Below the pieces are notes generated by a model. That model saw nothing but the letters and a program-made list of their open reading frames with translations, did not search any database and had not been told where the DNA came from. The position numbers and the translations under genes were made by a program. From Mobula hypostoma (taxonomy: Eukaryota): 64,000 nt of DNA. Positions 50,554-63,238 of this stretch are shown here, piece after piece (position 1 is the first letter of the stretch; each line of letters starts with the position of its first letter). The stretch spans positions 32,800,001-32,864,000 of the forward strand of contig NC_086109.1 of the NCBI RefSeq assembly GCF_963921235.1, read 5' to 3'.

Positions 50554-52137
50554 GTGAGTACTGGTAGTTTCGGGATCCTCTTTCCAAGTCAGTGCCCATT
50601 TGGAAAATTCCTTATGTGGCCCTAATAGACTTGAAAGAGAACAGAGATACGTTGGCCAACCGGCTGATCTTCCGGACGATTGGGTGTTATTACATTCTTG
50701 ACATGTTGCATTGAAATATTTTTCAATGAATCCCTTCATTTTCCAGGGAGAGTGGAAAAACAACAACTAGGTTTCATAGGAGCTCGGCAATTGGCACCCA
50801 ATGACAAACCATTAATTAGTGGATTAGGGGAATCTTATATTCTCAGGCAAGGCAATAAACGAGCTAAAGTCGACTCTGGCCACTCGAGTCAGTCTGTCAA
50901 CCAGGGGATTTCCTGGATTTTATGTCTTTGAGTTCCTATAGAGAACTGGCAAACTATCAAAGGGCAGGAGTATAGTTGCTGAGGTGGAAATTTGCCCTTG
51001 TTTGCTCGACTGAATCTGTGTTGTGTTTTTGTCAGTGCTCCTAAAAGTTTTAGCAAAACGAGGATCTGTTAGTCTTTGTATGGTAACCACAAAACTAAAA
51101 TCCATCTGATTCGCAAATACCATATTTGCCCGGTCTGGTCTGTATGTGAATCCAGACCTGAATCAGTATACTGTAATTGATGCTTAATGGTCCTCTGAAA
51201 CGGCCTCAGGAGAATTTGGGATGTACAATAAATGCTTGCGATATTTACATCCTTTTTTTAAACAAAAACCGATTAATAAAATATCATCTTACTCATGAGG
51301 TTAAACCAAGGAGTCGAATTCCCTTGGGTGGTTGTGAAAGATCTTTAGGAGGTATTTGAAGAGTGGCGGAGCTATACTTGGTACTACTCCCTCCAACTAC
51401 GTTCTTTTTTTATATCAAATTATTTGGCCATATTACTGTTCAAGGGTGTCCTAGTGCATGAAGTTCTGGTAGTACAGTAGTGAAGCATTTTGGATAGTCT
51501 TGAGATCATAAAAGGCGCAATATAAGTAAAAGAAATTTTTGTAGGAAATTGTGGTTTTAGGATTATGTCAGTGTTGGTTTCTTTATCAGGTGCTTTGCAT
51601 GTGATGCTGAAGTATTATTTTCGAAGATGTGTGGTTAAAAACTCCTCCTTACAGGCTTCCTGTCATCATTGGATAGGACAGGCAACCACAATTTGGCCTT
51701 ATGGTGTTAAGGTCATTGAACTGGTATAAAATAATCTTAAAACCTGGAATCTGGAAGTTTTTATTTTATACCTTAATCTTTTATAACCCACCAGAGCGTA
51801 CATCTTGGTTCCACATCAAGCTTAATCCTGTGTGTATCACTCAGCACTGTGGTGTGCTGGTAGGTATCAAGCATAAAATACCACTGTATCCTTGTTTCCC
51901 AGTTAACCCGTCTCCCCACCAAACCTCCTGTCTGCAATTCCTTTTCCATTTTGTAAAGTTATTTCATTTTTAATGTATAAATTATAGTTGTCTATTGCTA
52001 CAGATTCCTTGACAATCCAGTGCAAACTATTTTTCCTCTGTACTTCTGGCTACTCTTTACATAGGTGATAAGAGCAGATATTGTGCTTTGATGAAGACGG
52101 TATTCAGCAAAGCTCATCGTTTTGTTCTCTTTAATAG

Positions 52138-52278
52138 GTTGTTTGGCTGAACCCTGAACAGACAGCAGGAAAAATAAAACCTTATCTCTTCACCCAAGGT
52201 CAAGCTGTCTTAAACAGATCTTTCTTCCCTTGCTTTGATACCCCAGCTGTTAAAAGCACTTATTCCGCCTCTATTAAG
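52138..52278 (+). CDS. RNPEP: RNPEP coding exon 2
   Basis: Acceptor ttctctttaatag, donor AAG|GTAAGT; 141 nt encoding VVWLNPEQTAGKIKPYLFTQGQAVLNRSFFPCFDTPAVKSTYSASIK. Confidence 0.97.
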
Positions 52279-52849
52279 GTAAGTTCTGAATTTTTTTTGT
52301 TTTAACACATTCTTGATGTTAGATTTATAATGAGCACTTAAAACTAGGTGCTACTAAAGTCTCCTGACAGAATAATTGAAGGTTCTTTTCCTTTCCTGAA
52401 ACTGTGTATGTTTATCAAAAGAAAAATATATTCTACCACACAATAGAATGTTTTTTTCTTCTAACTTCAATTGGTGAATATTTTTAAATGGATTATTTAC
52501 AATGTCTATTTTTCTTTATTCCTAATTTCAATGTTAATGAATCTATTGGCCTGAAGCACATTAAAGGATATTTTCTGATGTTTGCCTCAAAAAGTAAAGA
52601 TTTGGTGAATGGTGTATGGATTAGAATCTAAAACAAAACAAAATACTGCAGGTGCTGGAACTTTGTAATAAAGCAGAAAATGCTGAAACTGGCCTGTAGC
52701 TGCAGTCCTTAGACTAAATCTGAAATGGTAACTCTCTCTTCCCCCCCCCCCCACAGATACTGACTGGCCTGCTTTTGTGTTGCATTTCATGAATTACCTA
52801 AGTACTCACCTGGTCAAATTTTCAAAGAAGCAAAAGTAGTTGGTCTTGG

Positions 52850-53395
52850 ATAAGAATCAGAATCAGGTTTAATATTACTGTCATATTTCATGAAATTTGC
52901 TGTTGTCCAGCAGCAGTACATTTCAATATATAATAATAAAAACTATCAATTACAACAAGTTTATACAAAAAAGAAAATTAAGTAGTGCAAAAAGAGAAGG
53001 GGAAAAATAGTGAGGTAGTGTTCATGGATTCATTGTCCATTCAGAAATCTGATGGTGGAGGGGAAGAAGCTGTTTCTGAAATGTTGAGTGTGTGTCTTCA
53101 GGCACCTGTACCATCTCCTTGATGAGAAGGAGTTTCTCAATAATGGATGCTGTCGTCTTGAGGCATTGCCTTTTGATGGTATCCTGGATCCTGGGGAGGC
53201 TAGTGCCCATGATGGCGCTGGCTGAGTTTACAACTTTCTGCAGCCTTTTCCGATCCTGTGCAGTGGTCATTCTATGTCAGACAGTGATGCAACCACTTAG
53301 AATGCTCTCCACGGTACATCTGACAATCCTCCAAACTCCTAATGAAATATAGCCACTGTCGTGAATTCTTTGTAATTACATCACTATGTTGGGCC
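52850..53395 (-). mobile_element. Rex1/Babar 3' fragment
   Basis: AQDRKRLQKVVNSASAIMGTSLP; (TTCTGA)n tail. Confidence 0.8.
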
Positions 53396-53399
53396 TATT

Positions 53400-55352
53400 A
53401 TAGACATCACAAAAACAAATAAAAGTTTTCCCCAATCAGAAACCATGGATGAACAGAGAAGTTCGCCTCCTGCTCAAAGCCAGAGATGCAGCCTTCAGGT
53501 CTAGAGACCGGGAGGCTTACAGATCAGCCAGGGCCAACCTGAGGAGGAGAATCTCTCAGGTTAAACACATATACAAACAGAGAATCGAGGAGCATTTCAA
53601 CTCCTCGGACCCCTGGCGCCAGTGGCATGGCATACAGGTCATTACAGACTTCAAACCACCTAGTACTGTGCACCCTTCCAGCTCTGCTTCCCTCCCTGAT
53701 GAGCTCAATTACTTCTACTCTTGCTTTGATCGAGAGAACAAGGAGGTCACCCTCAAAGCAGATCTCCCACCTGGTGAACTGCCTCTCTCACTTTCCACCT
53801 CCGATGTTTGCGCCACCCTGAGCAGGGTGAATGTACGGAAGGCAGCTGGTCCGGATGGAATACCTGGCCGTGTGCTCAGAGTCTGTGCAGGGCAGTTGGC
53901 CGGGGTCTTCACGGACATTTTTAATCTGGCCCAGGCAGTTGTCCCCATAAGCTTCAAGATCGCCACCATCGTGCCAGTGCCAAAGCATTCCACTGCCACC
54001 GTCCTGAATGACTTCCGTCCAGTTGCACTCACCCCCATCATTGCAAAGTGCTTTGAGAGACTGGTTCTATCACATCTGAAATCCTGTCTGCCCACTATCC
54101 TGGACCCCCATCAATTTGCCTATCGCACCAACAGGTCAGCAGAGGACACCATCTCCACGACACTTCACTCTGCCCTGACCCACCTGGACAGCCCCAACTC
54201 TTACGTCAGAATGCTGTTCATTGACTTTAGTTCGGCATTCAATACTGTGAGCCCCTCCAAGCTGATTGCCAAATTTCGCCAGCTTGGTATCAGCTCATCC
54301 CTCTGCAATTGGACCTTGGACTTTCTGACTAACAGACCCCAATCAGTTGAGTTAAACAACCTCTCCTCCTCCACTCTCACCCTGAACACCGGCGTGCCTC
54401 AAGGCTGTGTGCTGAGCCCTCTTCTGTACTCCCTTTTCACCTGTGACTGCATTCCTGTGCATGGTTCTAACTCCATAATCAAATTCGCAGTCGATACCAT
54501 GTGGTTGGCCTGATTAGAGGGGATGACGAGATGGCCTACAGGTCCAGCACTTGGCTGCGTGGTGTGCCGACAACAACCTGGCCCTTAATACCCAGAAGAC
54601 CAAGGAGATCATTGTGGACTTCAGGCATACTAGGAGCCACACTCATGTCCCCATCTATATCAACAGAGCTGTAGTGGAGTGTGTATCAAGCTTCAAATTC
54701 CTTGGTGTCCACTTTTCCGAGGATCTCACCTAGTCCCTGAACTCCTCCATCCTGATCAAAAAGACGCAACAGCGCCTTTATTTCCTGCAGAGCATCAAGA
54801 AAGCTCACCTCCGTCCCAAGATACTGACGGACTTTTACCGCTGTACCATTGAGAGCATACTCACCAACTGCATCTCAGTGTGGTATGGCAATTGTCCTGT
54901 ATCAGACCACAAAGCACTCCAGCATGTGGTGAAAACAGTCCAGCGGATTATCAGAACCCAATTGCCCACCATTGAGAACATCTACCATAAACGCTGCTGG
55001 GACAGGGAGAAAAGCATTATCAAGGATGCATCTCACCCTAACCATGGACTTTTTACTCTCCTCCCATCCGGTAAGCGCTACAGGAGCCTCCGCTCCCGCA
55101 CCAGCAGGCACAGGAAGAGCTTCTTCCCTGAGGCTGTGACCTTGCTGAACCTCACATCACAGCGCTAAGCAGTATTACACCCATATTGTACTGTCTCAGT
55201 ACTGTTATATTTGTGTGCTGTAACACTTACTTTTTATTCGCAGTTATTTTGTAAATAATATTATTCTTTACATTTCTGGTCAGATGCTAACTGCATTTCA
55301 TTGGCTTTGTATCTGTACTTGGCACAATGACAATAAAGTTGAATCTAATCTA
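53400..55352 (+). mobile_element. Rex1/Babar LINE, 5'-truncated and relatively young
   Basis: 354-aa RT ORF 53449-54513 (KAAGPDGIPG, DFSSAFNT, GVPQGCVLSP) plus a frameshifted C-terminus; tail aataaagttgaatctaatctaat. Confidence 0.93.
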
Positions 55353-55479
55353 ATCCTCAGAAAATTTGATAGCCAGGAACTTGAAAATGCTCCCCGTTTC
55401 CACTTATCCCTTGATGAGGACTGGTGTGTGTGTTCCCTCAACGTCCCCTTCTTAAATGAATTCCTTGGACTTACGTTGA

Positions 55480-56480
55480 CCGCAAAATTATTGTTGCAAC
55501 ACCACTAAACCAGCTGTTTTCTTCCTTGTCACTGTCTGAAGTTCTACCAATAATAGTTGTGTCATACGCAAATTTTATAGTTGCCGTTTGAGCTGTGCCT
55601 AGCCACATAATCTGCTCCTTTATCTTATCGTCTTATATAATCATGGGTATGGAGAGTAGAGCAGTGGGCTAAGCATTTAACCTTGAGGTGCACCAGTGTT
55701 GATTGTCAGCAAGGAGGAGATGTTATTTCTGATTAGCACAGACTGTGGTCTCGTGGTAAGGAAGGCAAGGATCCAATTGTAGAAGGAGGTAGAGAGGCCC
55801 AGATTTTTGTAGCTTGTTGATTGGAACTGGGGGTAAGATTGTGTTGAGCTCTGAGCTGTAGTCAATACGCAGCCTGACATACATAAATATCCAGGCGATC
55901 CGAGGCCGAGTGGAGAACCAGTGAGATTGCATCCACTGCAGACCTATTGTGGTGATAGGCAAATTGTAGGGGGTCCAGGTCCTTGGTTAGGCAGGAGTTG
56001 ATTCTGGCCATGATCAACCTCTCAAAGCACTTCATCACAGTAGATGTGAGTGCTGCTGGTTGATAGTCATCGAGGCAGCTCAGCCTACTCTTATTTGGCA
56101 CTGATATGATTGTCACCCCTTTGAAGTAGGTGAGAACCTCTGACTGCAGCAGTGAGAGATTGAAGAAGTCCTTGAAAACCCCCGCCGTTCAGTTGGCACA
56201 GGTTTTCTATCAGGTACACCATCAGTACCTGTTGCCTTGAAAGGGTTCACCCTCTGGAAAGATATTCAGATGTCAGTCTTCAAGGCGGAGATCACAGGGT
56301 GACCAGATGCTGCAAGGATTCACGCAGGTGTAATTTTATTCTCCCTTTCAAAGTGTGCATAGAAGGCATTGAGCTCATCTGCGAGTGAAATTGTAGAAAG
56401 TAATGACCTACAAACGCTGCCAGAACTGATGTGCATCGATTTCGTCTCTAATCTCAATCAGAATTGTTTTCTTTTGCCCT
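55480..56480 (-). mobile_element. Degraded Rex1/Babar RT fragment
   Basis: ALTSTVMKCFERL, DPLQFAY and NTGAPQG on the minus strand. Confidence 0.8.
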
Positions 56481-56526
56481 TAAAATACCAAGACTACTTG
56501 ATTAGAAAGGACATGGATGTGAGGGG

Positions 56527-57386
56527 TGTGACGAGAATACACATAAAATTAAGATGTTTGCTGGCCTGGGTTAGCATCAGTGACATCAGCAAGTGGTCTG
56601 CCACCTGCCCTCAGGGGAAGGAGAGATAAGGAACAATGGAGCAGCGTCTGGAGATGTGTAATGAAGGGACGGGAGAGAGAGCTGTCTGGAGCGGCTCCCC
56701 CTTTGAACCCTGAACTGTTTGAAGTGGTGGACAGGCGATGCCCCAGCAGGGGGATAAAAAGGGACAGGTTCGCTAAGGCAGGACACACACGCCACCCGAG
56801 GTAACGAGACCCTGGAAGCGGTACGCCTCTCACGAGTCGGTGGGAAGTATCAGACAACGGCCAGGGTGGAAAGGTACGATCAGCGGGAACCCGGTGTGTG
56901 TCCGCCCTTGCCTGGGTGCCGGGTTCACTGCAGAGGATCGACCGCATCTGGAGGAGGGGTCACAGTCGGTGACCTCAGGTGACATCACCAAGGACCCACC
57001 CAAAAGCTGCTTGTGAGCCATATCGCCGGTCTGTGAGTGAAGCCGTGTCTGAATGATCAGTTGTTCCTGTTCTCTCTCTCTCTCCCCCCATGTTGTCCAT
57101 CGCCATGGCAACGATTACTGCGAACTGAACTACTAAACTGGACTGAACTTTGAGTCACTTTGAAATTTGGTCATTTACCCCTAGACAACGATAGAGCTTG
57201 ATTGATGCTGTTATCTTAATTCTGTTCACCTGTGTGTTTATCATCGCTGAACTGTTGCATTTATTATCCTTTCGATTACTGTGTTGCTTGTTTCTTTAAT
57301 AAAACTTTCTTAGTTCTAGTACTCCAGACTCCAACTGAGTGATCCATTTCTGCTGGTTTGGCAACCCAGTTACGGGGTACGTAACA
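56527..57386 (+). repeat. 5' LTR (860 bp)
   Basis: Direct repeat of 60510-61371; about 8 substitutions and one CT indel counted by eye; AATAAA at 57298. Confidence 0.97.
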
Positions 57387-57485
57387 TAAGTGGGGTTCTC
57401 GTCCGGGATTTTGAATGCTAAATTTGGGACGGAGTAAATTGATTGGGTTAAAATTCCCGAAAGAAAGAAAAGACAAACAGCAGAA

Positions 57486-59546
57486 ATGGAGGCTGAGGAA
57501 TTTATAAAGGCGCCGACCTTGGAGGCATTAGAGGATGCCAGGAAATCGGAATTGATAGCTGTGGCCAAACGGTTGAATCTTGCTAAGGTGAAGTCGACAA
57601 TGAGGAGAGAGGAGATACACAGAGCTATTGTAGAGCACTATGTATCTAAAGGTGTGTTTCCCCAAGGTGAGCTTGGGGTGGTGTCTATTGAAAAACCTGC
57701 TGGAGACGCGGTACAGGTACAGCTTGAAAAACTGAGACTCGAGCACGAGTTCCGGGTACGGCAGTTAGAACACGAAGAGAAGCAGTTAGAAAGGCGGGAG
57801 AAGGAGAGAGAGTTAGAAAGACAGTTGGAGAGAGAGGAGAAACAGAGGGAAAGGGAATTTGAGCTGGAGAAGTTAAAGATAAGGGCCGAGCAGGGGCTCG
57901 TGCCGAACCAAGGTGGAGGGTTCCGGGCGACCCAGGAGGTTAGGCTGGTTCCCCCATTCGACGATACCGACGTGGATCAGTACTTTCTCCACTTCGAAAA
58001 AGTGGCTATAAGTCAGGACTGGCCGAGGGATAAGTGGGTTGTCTTACTTCAGAGTGTACTGAAAGGGAAAGCCCAAGAAGCTTACTCCGCTTTATCCGCG
58101 GAAGATGCCCAGAGGTATGAGGTGGTGAAAGAGGCCATCCTCAGGATTTATGAGTTGGTCCCGGAGGCATACCGGCAGAGGTTCCGGAATGCGAGGAAGC
58201 AGTGGGACCGCACGTATTTGGAGTTTGCCCGTGAGATGCAGACATATTGTGAGCGTTGGTGCGCCTCAAAGGGGGTAGAGGGGGATTATGACAGACTGCT
58301 ACAACTGATCCTGATTGAGCAGCTTAAAGGTTGTGTCCCTGAGGGTATGAGACCCTACCTCGATGAGAAAGAGGCAGCCACATTAGCCGCAACTGCTAAG
58401 TTAGCGGACGAGTATGCGTTGACGCATAAAATGAAGTTTGCCCCGAGTAAAGGCTACCAGAAGGGTAGTCAGGACGGCGGGGAGAGTCCGCCGGAAAAGT
58501 CAGAAAGTAAGCCGGGGACTAGTGAAAAGGATAAGGTAGACCGGGAGCAGTCTGGTAGGAGGTCTCCTGGGGTCGTCTGTTATAATTGTGGGAAAGCCGG
58601 ACACTTTGCGTCCAGGTGCTTTGCCCCAAAGAAGGAGACGGGAAAAGGAAAAACGGCAATGTTGAATGGCTGTATCGAGCTGTTAAGCGAACCGCTAGGG
58701 AAGGACAGGTCTGAAAAAGTCCAGGAAGGGCGTGAGAAGTTTATCTCGGCCGGATTGGTGTCAGTGAAGGAGAGGTTAAAACCAGTTCCAGTGCGGATCT
58801 GGAGAGACACGGGAGCGTGTCAGTCACTAATATTGAAGAGTGTATTAGAGTTTAGCTCAGAGACCCAGACTGGGGAGGTAGAGGTCAAAGGTATTGGGGA
58901 AGGGACAGAGTCAGTCCCTTTGCACCAGATACACTTACAAAGCAACCTGGTCTCTGGACTAGTCACGATCGGGGTGAGGTCCGAATTACCGATGAAAGAC
59001 GTGCAAGTCTTGCTCGGTAATGACATCGCTGGAGGAATCGTGTTCCCAGTCGTGAGATTGACAGGTCAGCCTGCCAGCATTGAGGCCCCGCCCATTGACT
59101 CACAGGTTCATCACGGGCCCGCGATAGTGAATTTAGCTGAAACGTTTCTGCCAACCTTGTATGAGACGGGGTGTAGTGAGACAAGAGGTAGTGAGGGAGC
59201 TGGGACGGACGTAGCAGTAGCCAGGAAAGAATTTGTGCAGACGCAGGAGCGAGACGAGGGGCTGATGGTTTTGGCAGACACAGCTCTCTCTGACACAGCT
59301 TTAACAAGGGAACTAGTAGGCTATTGTGTGGAGGAGGAAGTGCTAAGGAGAAAAGGGAAATCAAGTACAGTACCCGCAGATGAGGAATGGGGGGTGGTGC
59401 AAAAGAGTTATGGGGATGAGGTTTTTAACATGGCCCACGAGGTACCCCCCGGTAGACATTTTGCGGTGCTGGAGGAAACAGTTGGTGGAATCATGAAAGA
59501 GATTTACCGGCTGCCCAGGGGGAAAAATGTTATTGATCATGACTGA
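57486..59546 (+). CDS. Retrotransposon Gag (SCAN-type capsid, CCHC knuckle)-protease polyprotein, 686 aa
   Basis: Coiled coil; capsid motifs VPPFDDTDVDQYFLHFEKVA and ELVPEAYRQRFR (SCAN-like); CYNCGKAGHFASRC; protease motif RDTGACQSLI; integrase zinc-binding remnant MAHEVPPGRH. Confidence 0.9.
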   Translation: MEAEEFIKAPTLEALEDARKSELIAVAKRLNLAKVKSTMRREEIHRAIVEHYVSKGVFPQGELGVVSIEKPAGDAVQVQLEKLRLEHEFRVRQLEHEEKQLERREKERELERQLEREEKQREREFELEKLKIRAEQGLVPNQGGGFRATQEVRLVPPFDDTDVDQYFLHFEKVAISQDWPRDKWVVLLQSVLKGKAQEAYSALSAEDAQRYEVVKEAILRIYELVPEAYRQRFRNARKQWDRTYLEFAREMQTYCERWCASKGVEGDYDRLLQLILIEQLKGCVPEGMRPYLDEKEAATLAATAKLADEYALTHKMKFAPSKGYQKGSQDGGESPPEKSESKPGTSEKDKVDREQSGRRSPGVVCYNCGKAGHFASRCFAPKKETGKGKTAMLNGCIELLSEPLGKDRSEKVQEGREKFISAGLVSVKERLKPVPVRIWRDTGACQSLILKSVLEFSSETQTGEVEVKGIGEGTESVPLHQIHLQSNLVSGLVTIGVRSELPMKDVQVLLGNDIAGGIVFPVVRLTGQPASIEAPPIDSQVHHGPAIVNLAETFLPTLYETGCSETRGSEGAGTDVAVARKEFVQTQERDEGLMVLADTALSDTALTRELVGYCVEEEVLRRKGKSSTVPADEEWGVVQKSYGDEVFNMAHEVPPGRHFAVLEETVGGIMKEIYRLPRGKNVIDHD

Positions 59547-59939
59547 CGCGAACTGAGACGGTCACCGGCGTTTGATATGCTAACAAACCTAGTCGGTGTT
59601 AGCATGGAAATCAATGAAGCTAGGGGCCCCCTGATAAGAGGAAAAAACCATTTTGAAAAGATTAGGATGGGATCGATCAGATGGGAGAAGGCTATTGTTT
59701 TGGCCAGATCTACTGATAAGGTCTCTCCCTTAATCCCCGAACAAAGCGAATCTTTAGAAGAAGTAATTAAACAACTCGCACCCATGTGTTTGATTGTCCC
59801 GAGGAAATGCAAAGAACTGGGACGTTGGGTAATGTCTGTTACAATAGGGCAGCCGAGTAAAGAACATCCATATATAATGAGTAATTCAGTGACTAAAGGG
59901 CTGATGAACACAGAGGTGTGTATTGGCAATTTAATACGG

Positions 59940-60385
59940 CTGTCTGAAGCCAGTTTGATAGTGAACCTTGGAAAAAAATGAATTCGGCCACACGAAGGTC
60001 ACTTACCTGGGAATTGTGGTGACACAGGGGCAGCTGGCAGCGATGCAAGCTGCAGTGCAGGCTATCGCTGACCTCCCAACCCCGACAGACAAGAGGGCCC
60101 TCAGAAGGCTCTTGGAGATGGTGGGGTACTGCAGGAAGTTTTGCAATAACTCTGCAGTCAATACCCGTCCCCCTCCTACTAAGCCCTTGCGAGAGAAAAC
60201 TGAGTCGGAATGGGACGACCCTTGTTATTGTGGTCCGGGACAAAACCAAATGAGAGGTTACATTGGTCGCAATTCATCAGTGTTTTTGGCCACTATGAAG
60301 TTTGCTGAGTTGGAGCCTGGTCTAAGGGATTATTAATAACACATGTAAAAGGAACAGAAAATGTGATGACTGTCTGTCAAGGTGT
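59940..60385 (+). pseudogene. RT C-terminal/RNase H remnant of the Gmr1-like element
   Basis: EFGHTKVTYLGIVV...VQAIADLPTPTDKRALRRLLEMVGYCRKF, and a terminal ITHVKGTENV.DCLSR-like motif; the catalytic RT core is absent. Confidence 0.8.
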
Positions 60386-60509
60386 TGACAGCTTCAAACT
60401 CGCTGTGTTAGCCAAATAGCTGATAAAGATGTATATTTGTGTATGTATCAAATAATGTATTCATGTTTGTAATTTTTACCTCCCGGTAAAAATCCTTAAA
60501 GGGGGGAAG

Positions 60510-61371
60510 TGTGACGAGAATACACATAAAATTAAGATGTTTGCTGGCCTGGGTTAGCATCAGTGACATCAGCAAGTGGTCTGCCACCTGCCCTCAGGGG
60601 AAGGAGAGATAAGGAACAATGGAGCAGCGTCTGGAGATGTGTAATGAAGGGACGGGAGAGAGAGCTGTCTGGAGCGGCTCCCCCTTTGAACTCTGAACTG
60701 TTTGAAGTGGTGGACAGGCGATGCCCCAGCAGGGGGATAAAAAGGGACAGATTCGCTAAGGCAGGACACACACGCCACCCGAGGTAACGAGACCCTGGAA
60801 GCGGTACACCTCTCACGAGTCGGTGGGAAGTACCAGACAACGGCCAGGGTGGAAAGGTACGATCAGCGGGAACCCGGTGTGTGTCCGCCCTTGCCTGGGT
60901 GCCGGGTTCACTGCAGAGGATCGACCGCATCTGGAGGAGGGGTCACAGTCGGTGACCTCAGGTGACATCACCAAGGACCCACCCAAAAGCTGCTTGTGAG
61001 CCATATCGCCGGTCTGTGAGTGAAGCCGTGTCTGAATGATCAGTTGTTCCTGTTCTCTCTCTCTCTCTCCCCCCACGTTGTCCATCGCCATGGCAACGAT
61101 TACTGCGAACTGAACTACTAAACTGGACTGAACTTTGAGTCACTTTGAAATTTGGTCATTTACCCCTAGACAACGATAGAGCTTGATTGATGCTGTTATC
61201 TTAATTCTGTGCACCTGTGTGTTTATCATCACTGAACTGTTGCATTTATTATCCTTTCGATTACTGTGTTGCTTGTTTCTTTAATAAAACTTTCTTAGTT
61301 CTAGTACTCCAGACTCCAACTGAGTGATCCATTTCTGCTGGTTTGGCAACCCAGTTACGGGGTACTTAACA
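60510..61371 (+). repeat. 3' LTR (862 bp)
   Basis: Direct repeat of 56527-57386; AATAAA at 61283. Confidence 0.97.
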
Positions 61372-61545
61372 GGGGTATGTAGGACTATGGTCCAGGTGCA
61401 GGTTGATGGGATAGGCAGAAGAGTTTGGCACAGGCTAGATGGGCTAAAGGGACTTTCTGTGTTGTACTGTTCCATGAATCTGACTCAATGTGATTCAGTA
61501 CATTAGGAGATTCTGGGTTCCATTACCACATGAATTTTGTTTCAG

Positions 61546-61697
61546 GTTCCTGAAGGTTTTACTGCTGTTATGAGTGCAACTAACTGGGAACACGATGAAA
61601 AGGAAAATGTATTCCACTTCAAAATGGAACACCCAATTCCTGCATATCTTGTTGCTTTGGCAGTTGGTGACATTGTGTCTGCAGAGGTTGGACCAAG
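61546..61697 (+). CDS. RNPEP: RNPEP coding exon 3
   Basis: Acceptor ttttgtttcag, donor AG|GTTAGT; encodes VPEGFTAVMSA...FKMEHPIPAYLVALAVGDIVSAEVGP(R); exits in phase 2. Confidence 0.97.
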
Positions 61698-63238
61698 GTT
61701 AGTCTTTTCCCTGAAACTACTTCATGAGTTAGAATTTTTAAAAACAACCATGGCTGTTCTATTTTTGCCAGTTCACAGATTAATTCTATTTCATAGAGTG
61801 GAAGTCATGGTCTCAGCAGTCCTCTGTGTAGTCTTCCATTTGGAAGCTTTTCTCTGCCAAGGGGAGAGTTTATTATCTGTGGCATTCATAATTTTGTATA
61901 TCTGTCAAGTTCTTGCTCGGCCTCCCCTGCTCCAAAGAAAACAAGCCCAGCCTGTCCAGTTTCTCCTCTTTACTGAAACCCCTTCATCCCAGGCAGCATC
62001 CTGCAGAATTTCCTCTGCACCCTCTCTAGTGCATTCATGCCCATCCTGCAGCATGGCAAACAGAACTTCTGAGTACTCCAACTGTGTCTTAACTTCCTTG
62101 CTTTTATATTTACTGCCCTGCCTAAGGAAGGCAAGTATCACACATGCCCTCTTCAACTCCTTTCCAATCTGTGTTCTCTCCTTCACTGATCTGTGACTTG
62201 CACACAAAGTTTCCTCTATTCTTCATTACTCTGTAGAGCCACATTATTCATTGTGTAGGTGCTGACCTTGCTGGTCCTCTTAAAGCAGCATCACACACTT
62301 ATCAGGATTAAACTCCATTTGCAGTTGCTCTGCCCTTCCTACAATTTGTTTAATGTCATTCTGTAAATTGACTCTCCTCCCTATTAATGTTGGTTTTATC
62401 CTTTATATCTCCTACTTTCAGACCCAGATCTTTAATGTATCAACCAAATGGTAAGAGTCTCAAACTTACTTGAGGGTTCTAACCTTTTTGGACCAGTTTG
62501 CCAGGGTGGGATCTTGTCAAAGGTCATGTAGACCACGCTGTCTTCATGATTACATTTGTTACATTTGGTCAAGATCTCTTCCCCCACTGCAACAACAAAC
62601 CTAGCTGACTGTCTTTGATTAGTCCCTGCCTTTCCAAGGGTAGATTAATCCTGTCCTTTGAACTTTTTCAATAGCTGTTCTTCCACTGACAGTAGGGCAT
62701 AATTACCAGACTTGTGCTTGCTCCCCTTCTGAAATAAAGGTGCTGTCTTTGAGTCATCTGGCAGTTCACCTGTGGCAGCAAAGATTTAAGATTCTGGATT
62801 GAATATTGTATGCATTCAAAGGCAGGGACATAAACGTACTCTGTATTCGTGAAGTACTGACCTCTTTAGACATTGTGTAAAACTTATCATGTAGCCTCAA
62901 AGTATTTGTATTGTACTCACTTAAGGTACAAAGGACATGGGTCTATCTTAACTAGACAATCTAAAAGAGCTTTATGGCACTAATGGCCTCCTATCTGGTT
63001 AATATTTGAATCACTTCCACTGTAGCCGTCAGTTTTTGACCTATTTTTCTAATAGAGGAATTGTAATTAAAGCAAAGTACGGCTTTAACTTGTAGTGTGC
63101 AGAATGTGGGAAGTAATAGTGGCGTCCTACCTCTATAAGGTGGCTAAATAGGTTTTTAAGAATGTTTGTCATGAAGTAGGGTTTTTTCCCCCATTCTCTT
63201 ACTGCTCGGGTATCATGAGAATTCTGTTTCTGGTATAG

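Larger units (their letters stand above)
56527..61371 (+). mobile_element. Gmr1-like (Ty3/gypsy) LTR retrotransposon, internally deleted
   Basis: LTRs 56527-57386 and 60510-61371 (TG...CA); GGGG TSD; tRNA-Pro-like PBS at 57391-57409; PPT AAAGGGGGGAAG before the 3' LTR; domain order gag-PR-(INT remnant)-(RT/RH remnant). Confidence 0.93.

Noticed and set aside
50554..50625. Extension of ORF 50170-50625 past exon 1
   Set aside because: Intronic read-through beyond the GTGAGT donor.
61698..62196. Extension of the 219-aa ORF past RNPEP exon 3
   Set aside because: Read-through into intron 3 and a decayed antisense CR1.
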